Of a DNA stretch of 64,000 nucleotides, positions 9,863 through 20,000 are shown one piece after another. The stretch spans positions 56,836 to 120,835 of the forward strand of contig JBFWUP010000007.1 in NCBI GenBank assembly GCA_050247195.1, in the 5' to 3' direction. Under the pieces are notes generated by a model. The model had not been told where the DNA came from, ran no database searches, and worked only from the letters and a program-made list of their open reading frames with translations. The DNA is from Candidatus Melainabacteria bacterium. Lineage in GTDB: Bacteria > Cyanobacteriota > Vampirovibrionia > Vampirovibrionales > Vampirovibrionaceae. Position 1 is the first letter of the stretch. Every line of letters starts with the position of its first letter. The translations under genes and the position numbers were made by a program.

Positions 9863-11257
9863 ATGGGCATCAAAGTTCCGGTCCAAAAGGCCGAAGTAGT
9901 CCTTATGAAGGACTTACTGACACGCTTTGAATCCTTCTTTAATGAGGATTTTCTTGGATTCAGCAAAGGGCTGCTCGCCCTGGCGGGCCTGGCCTTTGTC
10001 GGTTTTATCAGCGTGTGTCTCAGCATCATTCACTTTGTGTACATTGTACCCGAAGATGCCCTGGCTGAACTCTCGGCGCCACCCTGGCGGAGCCTGAATG
10101 TGTCCTCACACCTGGTGGAAACGCAGACGGACTTCAAGCGGATTCAGCAGACACTGTTTAATATGTCGCTCAACGCCGAGCACAAGGCCGACCCCATTCC
10201 ATTCTATCTGCTGGCCAAACTGAGTGAGCTGAAGGACGACGACAAAGAGGCGCTGTATTACTACGAGCAATCTCGCATGAAACTCGAAGCCTCCCCGCTG
10301 GATATGCATCGTTTAAAGTTTGTCCGCGATGATATTCTGCTTCATCTGGCCAGTTTTTACTACTTTAATAACAAGATGAAAGAGGCCCGTGTGGCGTTGG
10401 TGCATATTCAGGATGTGGACCGACTCACGGACCCGCGTCTTTATGTGTCGCTGGACAATGTACTGTATGAAAGCAGGCGGGCCGACTACCACTATGAAAT
10501 GGCGCAGGTGCTCAAGGACGATCTGGCGTTCCGCAAGGCGCGCGAAGAGCTGCATAAGGCCCTCTCGCTGTGCTCCGATGAGCGACTGAAAGAAACCATA
10601 CAGAATTACGAGAAAACCAACCTGCCGCTGATCGTCAATGATATTGCCCCGGAGCACCGGTATTATCTGCGGATGGGGATGCGCCTGGAAGACACCGGCA
10701 ATGTGGAAGTGGCCATCCGACTGTATAAAAAGGTACTTAAACAATACCCAAAACTGGAACTGGCATCGCATTTACTGGCGTCGGCTTACCTCAAAAATAA
10801 CAAAGTGACCGAGGCCATTCATCACAGCCAGAGCAGTCTGCAGGTAAACCCCGATTTTTACCTGGCCTACCTCACCTTGGGCGATATTGAGCTGGAGGCC
10901 GGTCAGATGGACCGGACGCTGAATCACTATCAGCAGGCGCTGAACATTGTCCGTCGGTTTTCTGATGAAGCGAACCTGGGCCTGGCCGCCAATATCGAGA
11001 ATCACATTGCCTACGTGTACGAGACCCTTCATGTTCCGGGTCTGGCGCGGCAGCACTATGCCGCCTCCGCAGCATTGTCGCGTCAGGTGCTGGCGATGGA
11101 GGAATCCTCGGATATCGCTCCCAACAGCGCCAACAGCGCCGAGGACCTCGAATATTCCGAAGAGGCGCTGAGGCGCCTGGGACCCGAGGGACAGTCGCGC
11201 GAAGAGGTGGCGACCGGGCAGAATCACGTCATAAAATCGAAGAACACGTCCAGATAA
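9863..11257 (+). CDS. TPR-repeat protein with an N-terminal TM segment
   Basis: Multiple 34-aa TPR-like repeats (…AIRLYKKVLKQYPK…, …YLAYLTLGDIELEAGQ…). Confidence 0.7.
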   Translation: MGIKVPVQKAEVVLMKDLLTRFESFFNEDFLGFSKGLLALAGLAFVGFISVCLSIIHFVYIVPEDALAELSAPPWRSLNVSSHLVETQTDFKRIQQTLFNMSLNAEHKADPIPFYLLAKLSELKDDDKEALYYYEQSRMKLEASPLDMHRLKFVRDDILLHLASFYYFNNKMKEARVALVHIQDVDRLTDPRLYVSLDNVLYESRRADYHYEMAQVLKDDLAFRKAREELHKALSLCSDERLKETIQNYEKTNLPLIVNDIAPEHRYYLRMGMRLEDTGNVEVAIRLYKKVLKQYPKLELASHLLASAYLKNNKVTEAIHHSQSSLQVNPDFYLAYLTLGDIELEAGQMDRTLNHYQQALNIVRRFSDEANLGLAANIENHIAYVYETLHVPGLARQHYAASAALSRQVLAMEESSDIAPNSANSAEDLEYSEEALRRLGPEGQSREEVATGQNHVIKSKNTSR

Positions 11258-11443
11258 CGTCGTTTGTCACGCTGTGATGTTCTTGTGCTGTTACGCGCCA
11301 CTACACAAGTTTAATACGTCATATTAACGTTAGACAGCGTGACTATCGCACATTATTCTGAAGTCAATTAATATCACGTCATTTTCACTTCATGTGTTAT
11401 GCTTTATGTGTGCTCGTCTTCATATTTTGAGAGAGGTGAACCC

Positions 11444-12118
11444 ATGGCGTCACGCACGAAAAAGGCTGATAAAGTCAAAAAGTCCGCTCAGGCCAAACCT
11501 CAGCAGGCATTGTCAAAACTCGCGCTGTTAACTCATATCAATAGCCTTGCGGATACAGACACCCTGAATGCCCTGCTTGAGGAGACCGAACGCGAGCTGG
11601 TGGCCCTGCAACCGGAAATTGAGAAACTGGAGGAGAAACTCCAGAAACTGAACGACCTGAGAAAAACAAAACAAAAGCTGATCACCCTCCGGTTAAGCCT
11701 GAAGTCCATTGTGCATAACTTTAACGATGACGTGACTGACACGCCAGAGACATCATCTGCCGTAAAACCCGAAAAAAACACCAACGCCAAGGCGCGTTCC
11801 TGGCAGACCATTGATCGGCCTGACGGGGTTTTCTATCCCGACCTGGCTCAGAGGCAGGTCGCTACAGTGCTGAGGCGTCCCGCCTCTCTGAACGCCGAAC
11901 TGTTCCGCGCTGTGGTGTTCGCCGGGGGCATCGCCACCACCGAACAAATCCGCGATTACCTGGTGGAGAACCGGATTACCTACCCGACAACCGGGCAGGG
12001 CTTTGATGCTGTCCCCCTCAGCGAAATATCATCGCGCATTAATTACCTGGTACGCAAAGGCATTCTCAGCGCCAACGGGCGCGGCAGTTTCGTCTCTCAG
12101 CTGGGCTGGCAGGCGTAA
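11444..12118 (+). CDS. hypothetical coiled-coil protein
   Basis: SD GAGAGG precedes the ATG at 11444; Lys-rich N-terminus and a heptad-like LEETERELVALQPEIEKLEEKLQKL segment. Confidence 0.5.
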   Translation: MASRTKKADKVKKSAQAKPQQALSKLALLTHINSLADTDTLNALLEETERELVALQPEIEKLEEKLQKLNDLRKTKQKLITLRLSLKSIVHNFNDDVTDTPETSSAVKPEKNTNAKARSWQTIDRPDGVFYPDLAQRQVATVLRRPASLNAELFRAVVFAGGIATTEQIRDYLVENRITYPTTGQGFDAVPLSEISSRINYLVRKGILSANGRGSFVSQLGWQA

Positions 12119-12657
12119 ACCGGGGCGTCCGGCAGGCCTCGCTGACCCACCGGGCGGGCATTTCGGATGCGGTCCAGACACTCGCGGACGGCGCCGGCGC
12201 CACCGTTTGACTGTGCGATCATGCCGGACTTTTCTGCGACAAGCGTAACGACCTCTGGGGCGGCATCCGCCGGGCACAGGGGCAGTCCGCAGGCCGCCAG
12301 GGCCGGCATATCGGGCAAATCGTCCCCCATATAGGCGATGGCGTGCAGGGGTAGGCGGTAGCGTGCCGCCACGGCCGTCAGCGCCGCCAGTTTGTCTTTC
12401 GCGCCCTGGTAAACAGCCTCAATCTCCAGTTCTTCAGCACGGCGGGTCACGATGGCGGAGCAGCGCGCCGTGATAATGGCGGTCTGAATGCCCGCGCGGT
12501 GAGCCAGGGTGATTCCCAGGCCATCCTTGACATTGAATGACTTCAGTTCCTCGCCATGCGACGTATAGGTTATTTTACCGTCGGTCAGTACGCCGTCCAC
12601 GTCCATGGCAACCAGCTGTATGGCGGCAAGTCGTTCCTGATCCGGCCAAACCGTCAT
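12097..12657 (-). CDS. kdsC: 3-deoxy-D-manno-octulosonate 8-phosphate phosphatase (HAD family)
   Basis: …MDVDGVLTDGKI…GDDLPD… HAD motifs typical of KdsC; adjacent to kdsD. Confidence 0.85.
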   Translation of the reverse strand: MTVWPDQERLAAIQLVAMDVDGVLTDGKITYTSHGEELKSFNVKDGLGITLAHRAGIQTAIITARCSAIVTRRAEELEIEAVYQGAKDKLAALTAVAARYRLPLHAIAYMGDDLPDMPALAACGLPLCPADAAPEVVTLVAEKSGMIAQSNGGAGAVRECLDRIRNARPVGQRGLPDAPVYACQPS

Positions 12658-12659
12658 CC

Positions 12660-13679
12660 TCAGCGAATCCCCGCCTGAAGAATATCGTGCATGTGAATCA
12701 CGCCCACAGGGCGCTCCTGCTCATCCGTAATCAGCAGGGCGGTGATTTTGTGGGTTTCCATCAGGCGCAGCGCCTTTTCTGCCAGATCCTCGGCCGAAAC
12801 CTGCTTGGGATTACGTGTCATACAGTCGGTCAGGGGAATATGGCGCGGGTCTCCCTGCTGCATCAGCGCACGGCGCACATCCCCGTCGGTGAGCATGCCG
12901 ACCATCCGGCCGTCGGTATTCACCACCAGGGCCAACCCGAGTTTTTTAGCGCTCATTTCCACCAGGGCGTCCATAAACGGGGTCCGTTCACTCACCACCG
13001 GGAGTTGTTCGCCGGTGGTCATCAGGTCCTGCACATGCAGCAACAGCCTTCTGCCCAGGGCACCCGCCGGGTGGTACTGCGCAAAGTTGTCCGAGGTGAA
13101 CCCTTTCCGGTCCAGCAGCACCACCGCCAGGGCATCGCCCAGGGCCAGGGTGGCAGTGGTGCTGGTGGTGGGCGCCAGATTCAGCGGGCAGGCCTCTTTG
13201 GGCACCTGAATGCTCAGGGAGATATCGCTTTGCCGGGCCAGAGTGGACTCCGGTTTGCCGGTCATGCTGATCAGCGGCACGCCGAGGCGCTTGATCAGCG
13301 GCAGAATATTGCTGATTTCAGGGGACTCGCCGCTGTAGGAGATGGCGATCACCACATCCTGCGGGCCCAGCAGGCCCAGATCCCCATGGCTGCCCTCGGC
13401 GGGATGCAGAAAATAGGCCGGGGTGCCGGTACTGGAGAGCGTTGCGGCGATTTTTCGGGCCACATGACCGCTTTTACCCATCCCGGTAATAATCACACGC
13501 CCCTGGCAGTCTTCAATACAGGCAACGGCCTGTAAAAAAGTCTCGCCGAGGTTGTTTCTGACCGCTTCGAGGCCTTCAATCTCCACATCCAGCACGGCGC
13601 GCGCCTGCGACAGCACACAATCCAGCTCGCCAGCCTGTGTGGCGGTTTCTGTGGGAGCCTTCAACGGAGTGGTGGTCAT
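12660..13679 (-). CDS. kdsD: arabinose-5-phosphate isomerase (SIS plus tandem CBS domains)
   Basis: …GRVIITGMGKSGHVARKIAATLSSTGTPA… SIS motif plus CBS pair; KdsD/KpsF/GutQ family. Confidence 0.85.
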   Translation of the reverse strand: MTTTPLKAPTETATQAGELDCVLSQARAVLDVEIEGLEAVRNNLGETFLQAVACIEDCQGRVIITGMGKSGHVARKIAATLSSTGTPAYFLHPAEGSHGDLGLLGPQDVVIAISYSGESPEISNILPLIKRLGVPLISMTGKPESTLARQSDISLSIQVPKEACPLNLAPTTSTTATLALGDALAVVLLDRKGFTSDNFAQYHPAGALGRRLLLHVQDLMTTGEQLPVVSERTPFMDALVEMSAKKLGLALVVNTDGRMVGMLTDGDVRRALMQQGDPRHIPLTDCMTRNPKQVSAEDLAEKALRLMETHKITALLITDEQERPVGVIHMHDILQAGIR

Positions 13680-13697
13680 GGGTGGCTTGTCGGGCCG

Positions 13698-14318
13698 TTA
13701 TTCATCCAGCGGGCTGCCGGACTCCTTTTTGGCCTTTTCCTTGTCTTTGTTCTTGGCTTCCAGCACCAGCAGGCTGTCAATATCCATCCAGGGGTCTTTC
13801 AGCGCGGCGCTGAAGACTGTGCCCTGAATTTTGACCTTATCGCCGCTTTCAATGTCCATCACATCGTTGCTTTTAGTGCGCGGGAAAAACAGCTTGAGCT
13901 CCGACAACGGAATCTCATGATCTTTGACGTCGGGGCGAAGAATCAGCACGCTAACGTAATCCTTGGGATCGCGCATGGCCTTTTTGTAGTTAAGGCCGGT
14001 GTCGGCAAAACGGTTAAAAACCGCTTCGAATTCAACATTCTTTTCCAGGTACTCATCCGGCTTGGTCACCAGATCGATCGGAGACACGGCGCTGTAGACC
14101 TTGTTTTCAACCGCTTCCTTCGCCTCAGCGGCGGCTTCCGCTTCGCCAGCCGGTTTGGCTTCGTCGGTCTTCACCGGTGCGGCAGGCGTCTCCGCCTGCG
14201 CCAGGTTGAAATGGCGGGCAAGATCGATGGCCTGCGCCTGAGGGAGGGTCTTCAGACCAAAGCTCACCAGGGTGGCGCTGACAATGAGGCCGGAAACGAG
14301 GGTTTTCACAGTACGCAT
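13698..14318 (-). CDS. secreted hypothetical protein
   Basis: Signal-peptide-like N-terminus MRTVKTLVSGLIVSATLVSFG; SD AGAGGA upstream of the ATG at 14318. Confidence 0.5.
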   Translation of the reverse strand: MRTVKTLVSGLIVSATLVSFGLKTLPQAQAIDLARHFNLAQAETPAAPVKTDEAKPAGEAEAAAEAKEAVENKVYSAVSPIDLVTKPDEYLEKNVEFEAVFNRFADTGLNYKKAMRDPKDYVSVLILRPDVKDHEIPLSELKLFFPRTKSNDVMDIESGDKVKIQGTVFSAALKDPWMDIDSLLVLEAKNKDKEKAKKESGSPLDE

Positions 14319-14431
14319 GGGAATTCCTCTGAAGCACAAACGTCAATTATTGCGGGTGTCACCATTGTACAACCAAAAGCCGCTGTGGTTGGTAATTAAA
14401 ACCAAAAGCAGACCCCAGAATGCCCCGGCAG

Positions 14432-15265
14432 TTAGTGGGGGGTCAGCACCTCGGCCTGGACGTTTTTGCGGGTGTTAAACAGCTCATTCAGGCTCTCGCT
14501 GAGCTGGGCCGAGGTGTTGGCGGCCATGAACTTGCCTTTGGTGGCCAGGGCCACGCATTTCAGCTGCCGTTGCGCGCCATAATCCGCCAACCCGTAAGCA
14601 ACAGTGTGAATCTTAATATTGGCGTTCGAGCGCATCATCTCCACGGCCAGGTCGCACGGGTCTTTGGCGCAGGTTTCTTCGCCGTCACTGACCAGAATGA
14701 CCGTGTGAGGCCCGCCCACATTGCGGAAATCCTCCTGCAGCGCCCTCGTCAGCGCGTAACTGATGGGCGTGGTGCCCGTGGGCTTAATGCCCACCAGTTG
14801 GCTGGCGATGGACATCCGGTTCCCGGTGCCAATGGGCACCAGGGTCTGCGTGGCCCGGCAGGGGTCCCCGTAACCCCGGCCCAGATGGCCGTAAACCCTC
14901 AGGCCAACAGGCACATTGGGCGGCACTTTTTTGAGCACATCCAGGATTACCTGCTTGGCCCCGTCCATCTTGGTCTGGTTGCCCAGGCGTATCCCCATTG
15001 ATTCCGAGGCGTCCAGGATGATCAGAATGCTTTCAGGTCCGGCGGCCTGTTGCGCGCCCAGAGCGTTCTGGCTCGCGCCAGCCTGATAGGCAGGCACGGT
15101 CGACGTGGCCGGAATCTGCTGATAAGCCTGTGGAATGCCACTCTGGCTTTGCGCAGGAAGTCCCTGCAGGAGTGTTTCCATACCAGAGCAAACACCCAGA
15201 AGCAGCACCAGCAAAAGGTTCAGACGGGCGCTGTGCACAGAAAACAGTGAGGACCAGTTCTTCAT
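14432..15265 (-). CDS. secreted von Willebrand factor type A (vWA) domain protein
   Basis: MIDAS-like DASESMG…VILVSDGEETC; N-terminal signal peptide. Confidence 0.7.
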   Translation of the reverse strand: MKNWSSLFSVHSARLNLLLVLLLGVCSGMETLLQGLPAQSQSGIPQAYQQIPATSTVPAYQAGASQNALGAQQAAGPESILIILDASESMGIRLGNQTKMDGAKQVILDVLKKVPPNVPVGLRVYGHLGRGYGDPCRATQTLVPIGTGNRMSIASQLVGIKPTGTTPISYALTRALQEDFRNVGGPHTVILVSDGEETCAKDPCDLAVEMMRSNANIKIHTVAYGLADYGAQRQLKCVALATKGKFMAANTSAQLSESLNELFNTRKNVQAEVLTPH

Positions 15266-15345
15266 ACCCTCTCAGGACGGATAAACCGACGGTCGGGTTC
15301 CATCCTAACATCCCCACATGCGAGGAAAAAAGGGCAAAAAAAAAT

Positions 15346-15382
15346 CTCTTGCAAAAAGGGGGTTGAGAGCGCAAGAGATTAC
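15346..15382 (-). terminator. rho-independent terminator candidate for the cyclase gene
   Basis: 9-bp stem ATCTCTTGC/GCAAGAGAT followed by a T9 run on the minus strand. Confidence 0.4.
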
Positions 15383-15507
15383 GGATAGAGAGAGAGGCAG
15401 TATATAAGAGAGCAAATTGATTGATTTGATACTGTCTTAAATTCCCCTCAAGCCACCCGTGTGCGCTAATTTCTGTTTTTACTTCAAATGTTTTACATTT
15501 CTTAAAT

Positions 15508-18123
15508 TTAGTGAGAATAATCATCTTCAGGGGCGGTTGAAACCGCCTCCTGCTGCTGCGGCAGCAGCACCGGCAGCTCCACACCGTATATCTGCACCGG
15601 CTCCCGGATACCTTTGACAGGCACCTGCCCGAGATCCCGGAAATGGACATTCTCGCGGTCCTGCGGCCGGGTCAGCGTGTCATCCAGCACCTGCCGGCGG
15701 GTTTCATCGCTGACCACAATGCGCGAGCCCACTTTGCGCGTCAGCCCTTCCAGGCGGGAGCCCAGATTGACGGCCGCCCCCATGACCGTAAAACTTTTAA
15801 TATCTTCCGAGCCGAAGTTCCCCACAACCATATCCCCACTGCTCAGTCCCACGCCGATTTTGAGCGGGCTCAGCCCACGCGCCGCCCAGCTTTCGTTCAG
15901 TTCAGCCAGGTGGGCATGCATTTCCATGGCGGCCTGGCAGGCCCTGCGTGCATGGTCCGGAAAACCGACCGGAGCGCCGAAGAAGGCCATAATCGCATCG
16001 CCCATGTATTTGTCGTAGGTTCCCTGGTGTTTCAGTATCACGCGGGTCATGGCGGTAAAGAACTCATTGAGCTGGACCACCATGAGTTCGGGATCCACCG
16101 TCTCAAACTGGGCTGTAAAGCCCTGCAGATCGGCAAACAGCACCGTGAGGTTCTTCTTGGCGCCGGCCAGGTTTTGCATGCTGTTGGCCGGGCTGGCCAG
16201 TATCTGGTCCATCACCTGTGGGGACACGTATTTGGAGAACACCCGCGTCAGCTGATGCTTCTCACGGTCGTGGACATAATAGCGGTAAACGCCCCCACCG
16301 GCCGTCGCCGCCAGTAACAGCACACTCGGCGTGACAATGGGAATCCACCAGCCCTGCGCGGTGAACATCCACACATTGTAAAACCAGAAGCCCGCCAGCA
16401 GCAGGCCGGCCAGCGCAATACCCAGGTAAAACCGCCGGATACGGAGAACACCGAGCATCACAAAGCCCATCAGCAGGGCCACCACGCCGTAGACAATCCA
16501 GGTGGCTGCCGGCCGCACGAAGTTATGGTCGTTCAGCGTCATATCCAGCACCGTGGCGAGAATCTCCGGTCCGTAGACATTCCCGCCCATCGGTGTGCGG
16601 TGCATGTCGGTCATGGTGTCGCCGTAAATCACAATCTTGTCCCGGAAATCAATCGTTCCCTTGTCCGGGCGCCGGTAAACACGGTTGAGTGAGGAATTCA
16701 CCGGGTCGGGGTTCAGCCCTTCATCGGCCAGCAGCACATCCACGGCGGAAACAATGCGGTACAGATGCCCGTACCCCAGCCAGTCCGTTCCGGCTTCCAG
16801 GTCCACGCGCCGGAGTTCCGTCTCCGTGGCTGGCAAACCGGCTTTTTTGAGGATGGAAGCCACCAGCGCTCTGGGATGCCGCCAGTTGATCATCACCTCG
16901 CCATGGGCGTCCAGCGGCAGTGTTTTGCCGTTCAGGCTCACCTTCAGAGCGTCCCCGGCGTCATTCAGGCGCAGTGTGGCCTGGCTGCGTTCGTTCACCA
17001 GGGGGCGGATACCCAGATAGGGGTAAAACACGTCGCCATACGTCCGGTAAAACGGCGTGACGGTCCTCAGCTGGGAATCCCCCTCGTACTTCACGCTGGT
17101 CATCCCCACGCCGCGGGCAGCCTGAAAGAAAGGCATATGGACCGCCAGCGTGCTGCAGTAGGTGATGGGATCCAGCAGGGGGCTGGCGCTGAGCCGTTCC
17201 TGATCCCAGGTGAGAGGTGTACCGTGTGTGGCCAGCCAGTCCAGAAATTCCGGCTGGGCGGCAAAAGTCTGGCGGTAGATGTGGGTCAGGCAGTCCTCGG
17301 CATACAGGGCATCCATCGGGTTGCCAATCGCCGGCCGGCTGGCGAACACCTCACCCGGCTTCGGCTGGCGCCTCAGCCACCCTCTCCTGCGAGGAGAGGG
17401 TTTAGACGGGTTCAGCAGTTCGTAGTCCCAGGGGCCTCGGAACACGGCTGTGGGCAGGCCCAGCATGGCCGGGATATCAGACACTCCTTGCAGCCCAAGT
17501 GCGGGATAGTAGGCAGGAAGGCCCCAGCGGGCGCTCAGGGTCGCCTGGGCGCGCACATAGGGAAGCAGGCGGGTCATGAACAGGGCGCGGTTCAGCGCCG
17601 CTTGGTATGCCTGTGGTGTGGGGTTCTGGCGGGCCTTGTACTCAGCCAGGTTCAGCTCCGCGGATTCGGCAATATACACGTTCCCCGCCCGGCGGATAGC
17701 GTCTTCCAGCACAGCGTCCTCCTCCGGGGTGGACTCCCCGTTGAAGCTGATGTCCAGAATGACGGCGCGGGGGTGCTGGGCGCTGATGTGGTTGAGAATC
17801 TGAGCGACACGGCCGCGGGGCATCATGCGGCGGGGCAGCTGGTACTCCGGATGGTTGACCCCGTAGTCGAAGCTCTTGCGGTCAATGCCGACGATGACGA
17901 TGTCATCTGAGGGGATGAAGCGCTCGGAGCGCAGGAGCAGGCGGACATCCAGCATGCTCAGCTCCAGCCGGTGAAGGATGCCCGGGGCGTTCAGGGCGTA
18001 AAAGCACGCCATTACCAGCACAAGAACCACCCCCCAGAGGCAGATCACCAGGGGGGGGACGGAAACCGCGTGATCCGTCGCAGAGGTTGGTGTGGGCTTG
18101 GGTTGCGCCTGCCGGGAGGCCAT
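15508..18123 (-). CDS. CHASE2-sensor, membrane-anchored class III adenylate/guanylate cyclase
   Basis: C-terminal cyclase catalytic motifs (…FADLQGFT…YMGDAIMAFFGAP…); long periplasmic CHASE2-like region followed by TM helices. Confidence 0.85.
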   Translation of the reverse strand: MASRQAQPKPTPTSATDHAVSVPPLVICLWGVVLVLVMACFYALNAPGILHRLELSMLDVRLLLRSERFIPSDDIVIVGIDRKSFDYGVNHPEYQLPRRMMPRGRVAQILNHISAQHPRAVILDISFNGESTPEEDAVLEDAIRRAGNVYIAESAELNLAEYKARQNPTPQAYQAALNRALFMTRLLPYVRAQATLSARWGLPAYYPALGLQGVSDIPAMLGLPTAVFRGPWDYELLNPSKPSPRRRGWLRRQPKPGEVFASRPAIGNPMDALYAEDCLTHIYRQTFAAQPEFLDWLATHGTPLTWDQERLSASPLLDPITYCSTLAVHMPFFQAARGVGMTSVKYEGDSQLRTVTPFYRTYGDVFYPYLGIRPLVNERSQATLRLNDAGDALKVSLNGKTLPLDAHGEVMINWRHPRALVASILKKAGLPATETELRRVDLEAGTDWLGYGHLYRIVSAVDVLLADEGLNPDPVNSSLNRVYRRPDKGTIDFRDKIVIYGDTMTDMHRTPMGGNVYGPEILATVLDMTLNDHNFVRPAATWIVYGVVALLMGFVMLGVLRIRRFYLGIALAGLLLAGFWFYNVWMFTAQGWWIPIVTPSVLLLAATAGGGVYRYYVHDREKHQLTRVFSKYVSPQVMDQILASPANSMQNLAGAKKNLTVLFADLQGFTAQFETVDPELMVVQLNEFFTAMTRVILKHQGTYDKYMGDAIMAFFGAPVGFPDHARRACQAAMEMHAHLAELNESWAARGLSPLKIGVGLSSGDMVVGNFGSEDIKSFTVMGAAVNLGSRLEGLTRKVGSRIVVSDETRRQVLDDTLTRPQDRENVHFRDLGQVPVKGIREPVQIYGVELPVLLPQQQEAVSTAPEDDYSH
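17380..17400. repeat. REP-like perfect palindrome CCCTCTCC-TGCGA-GGAGAGGG embedded in the cyclase CDS
   Basis: Same arm sequence as the intergenic palindromes at 41.9 kb and 59.28 kb; encodes a low-complexity RRRGWLRR linker. Confidence 0.4.
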
Positions 18124-18203
18124 CAGCGTCTTCCTGGCGGTTGTGCTCTCTCCTCAGTATGGCGCGGGCGGCGGGGTTCCGGATCCCCTGGCGATGGGAG
18201 TTA

Positions 18204-18665
18204 TTACCCGTCCGACTTGAGGAGCTTACTGACGCCGCTGGCCATGAGCGTGCCGAGGGCGAAACCGCCGAGTGGGATGTAACTGCCGGCAAAGCGCCCG
18301 AAAGGCTTGCCGAGGTGAAAGCCAGGCAGCAGTTTGCGACCCAGAGCAAACCCGGCGCCGGCCACCTCCCAGATGACGATGTTTTTGGCGCCCTGGCCGG
18401 CGGTGGCTTTGGTGGCGGCGATTAGTGGACTGTTACCCTCCAGTTCCGCCTGACGATAAGCGCTGACGCCCGCGCGGGCGGTATCCAGACCCATGAGGCT
18501 GAGGCCGAAGAGCTGACCGAGGCCCATGCCGCTGACTTTGCCGAGCCCTTTTGCGTTGGGATCCCAAATGGTTTTCAGCGGCTCCACATTCTGGCGCCAC
18601 ACGGTCTCTTTCAGGTACTCCCGCCAGCCATGGTTGAATATCGTTTCGCCATTTCGTAGTGTTTT
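18204..18665. repeat. left arm of a ~460-bp inverted repeat (3' half of paralog A)
   Basis: About 95% nucleotide identity to the reverse complement of 22866..23324. Confidence 0.75.
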
Positions 18666-19109
18666 GAGAATATTAGAAGGTTTGAGTTCCCTTGTTATAG
18701 TTGCAAAATTCCATCTGACAAGCCTTCCGTAGTGTGTTGGGTTTCTCAATTGAGAAAAGCTTAAATCGCGTTTGTGTCTTAGTCCGAAAAGCCCTGTGTA
18801 ACTGTATGGATGAAAATTCATAGCACGTGCTCTTAATGAGGGGGAATCCCCCAAGCGAGGGTTATGGACTTGATCGAAGGCGCTAATAAACTGATTTCTC
18901 TTATTTAGTTCAACGGCGCTCCGTCCTGTTGCCCCATCGATGAATTTTCCGGCTGCCACTCGGCTCGTCCAAATGGCGAAGCGTTTCTCGAAAACGTCCT
19001 TCAATGTTTTATTGGGGCTAAACGGCACAATCTCCCGCACTGGCGGAAGCTTTACAGACCTCTGATCTGCAAACGTATGCAGTTGAATTGGAGTGCCCTG
19101 AATGCTCAA
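18204..19109 (-). CDS. hypothetical protein, paralog A of an inverted pair (variable N-terminal half, conserved Gly-rich C-terminal half)
   Basis: 301 aa; TTG start supported by protein-level conservation with paralog B from residue 3; C-terminal ~150 aa about 97% identical to 22419..23324. Confidence 0.65.
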   Translation of the reverse strand: MSIQGTPIQLHTFADQRSVKLPPVREIVPFSPNKTLKDVFEKRFAIWTSRVAAGKFIDGATGRSAVELNKRNQFISAFDQVHNPRLGDSPSLRARAMNFHPYSYTGLFGLRHKRDLSFSQLRNPTHYGRLVRWNFATITRELKPSNILKTLRNGETIFNHGWREYLKETVWRQNVEPLKTIWDPNAKGLGKVSGMGLGQLFGLSLMGLDTARAGVSAYRQAELEGNSPLIAATKATAGQGAKNIVIWEVAGAGFALGRKLLPGFHLGKPFGRFAGSYIPLGGFALGTLMASGVSKLLKSDG

Positions 19110-19265
19110 TGTTTACCCTTTGGAATAGCCTCCCCTGTGTGCTTAAAAACAATATTTTTGTCGTAAAGGTGCTCATGTAACGTTTCTGTAACGACATTGC
19201 ACAATTACTCATTTGGTGACTATATTTGGGTTTGAGAATGACACCCCCAACCAGGATATGGAATC

Positions 19266-19547
19266 ATGCTATCCGCTCTACAGACAGGTCTATACAGCTT
19301 CTTGAGAGGAATCAGAGAAGGTGAAGACGGTGAGGAACCAAAGCCATCAACACCAAGGCCAAAATTGAGCTTCGCAGGTGAAGGTGATAACGGACTACCT
19401 CCGGTGCGTCCTGTTAAACCAGAACCCAATTACAAGTTGACATTTTCTGGCCCAGAGGGTGACGACGATGATGGTCCTGAACCCAAGCTGATGTTCGCCG
19501 GCAGCCTGCCCGCCGACGCCGGACGCCGGCTGAGCGTGCTGGGCTAA
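19266..19547 (+). CDS. small acidic repeat protein with three P-x-(K/Y)-KL-(S/T/M)-F-(A/S)-G repeats
   Basis: 93 aa; repeats PKLSFAGEGD / YKLTFSGPEGD / PKLMFAGSLPAD; SD AGGA 9 nt upstream. Confidence 0.55.
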   Translation: MLSALQTGLYSFLRGIREGEDGEEPKPSTPRPKLSFAGEGDNGLPPVRPVKPEPNYKLTFSGPEGDDDDGPEPKLMFAGSLPADAGRRLSVLG

Positions 19548-19565
19548 GCCCGCATGGCCAAAAAA

Positions 19566-19588
19566 GAAGCGCCCTTCGGGGCGCTTCC
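19566..19588. terminator. bidirectional rho-independent terminator
   Basis: GAAGCGCCC-TTCG-GGGCGCTTC perfect 9-bp stem; A5 upstream on the plus strand gives T5 after the minus-strand gene. Confidence 0.6.
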
Positions 19589-19592
19589 TAAA

Positions 19593-19871
19593 TTACTGGT
19601 TACCTGGTAGACCAGGAAGGTCCCCACCGCCGGAGGTGCCACCGGAATAGATGGGAACGCGTTGGCCGAGGATGAATTCGGAGCGGGTGTCAAAAAAGCT
19701 GGCCAGTCCGTTCATGCCGTTGGATTCAAACCGATCCGATAGGGCGCTGAAGCGATTGGCGCGGGTGGTCAGGCGGTTGGAAATAGCTGTATTCTGATCC
19801 GTGGTGTTGCTGGCGGCGCGCTGGGTATCCAGCGCCAGAATGAACGCGTTAAAGCGACTGAAATTGATCAT
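19593..19871 (-). CDS. small peptide gene, member 1 of the FG / C-terminal GLPGLPGNQ family
   Basis: 92 aa ending …GGGDLPGLPGNQ-stop; own SD and terminator. Confidence 0.65.
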   Translation of the reverse strand: MINFSRFNAFILALDTQRAASNTTDQNTAISNRLTTRANRFSALSDRFESNGMNGLASFFDTRSEFILGQRVPIYSGGTSGGGDLPGLPGNQ

Positions 19872-19967
19872 CTCAGGATGTCCTCTCTCTCTATTGTCGT
19901 GCTCTCTTCGATAGCGTATAGAGATATAAAAACAATCCGAAGGGATATCTTGATCGTTTATGACAAA

Positions 19968-19990
19968 AAATAAAGCGCCCTTTCGAGCGC
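19968..19990 (-). terminator. rho-independent terminator candidate
   Basis: AAAGCGC…GCGCTTT stem followed by a T-run on the minus strand, just past the stop of 20001..20171. Confidence 0.5.
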
Positions 19991-20000
19991 TTTATCTTAT

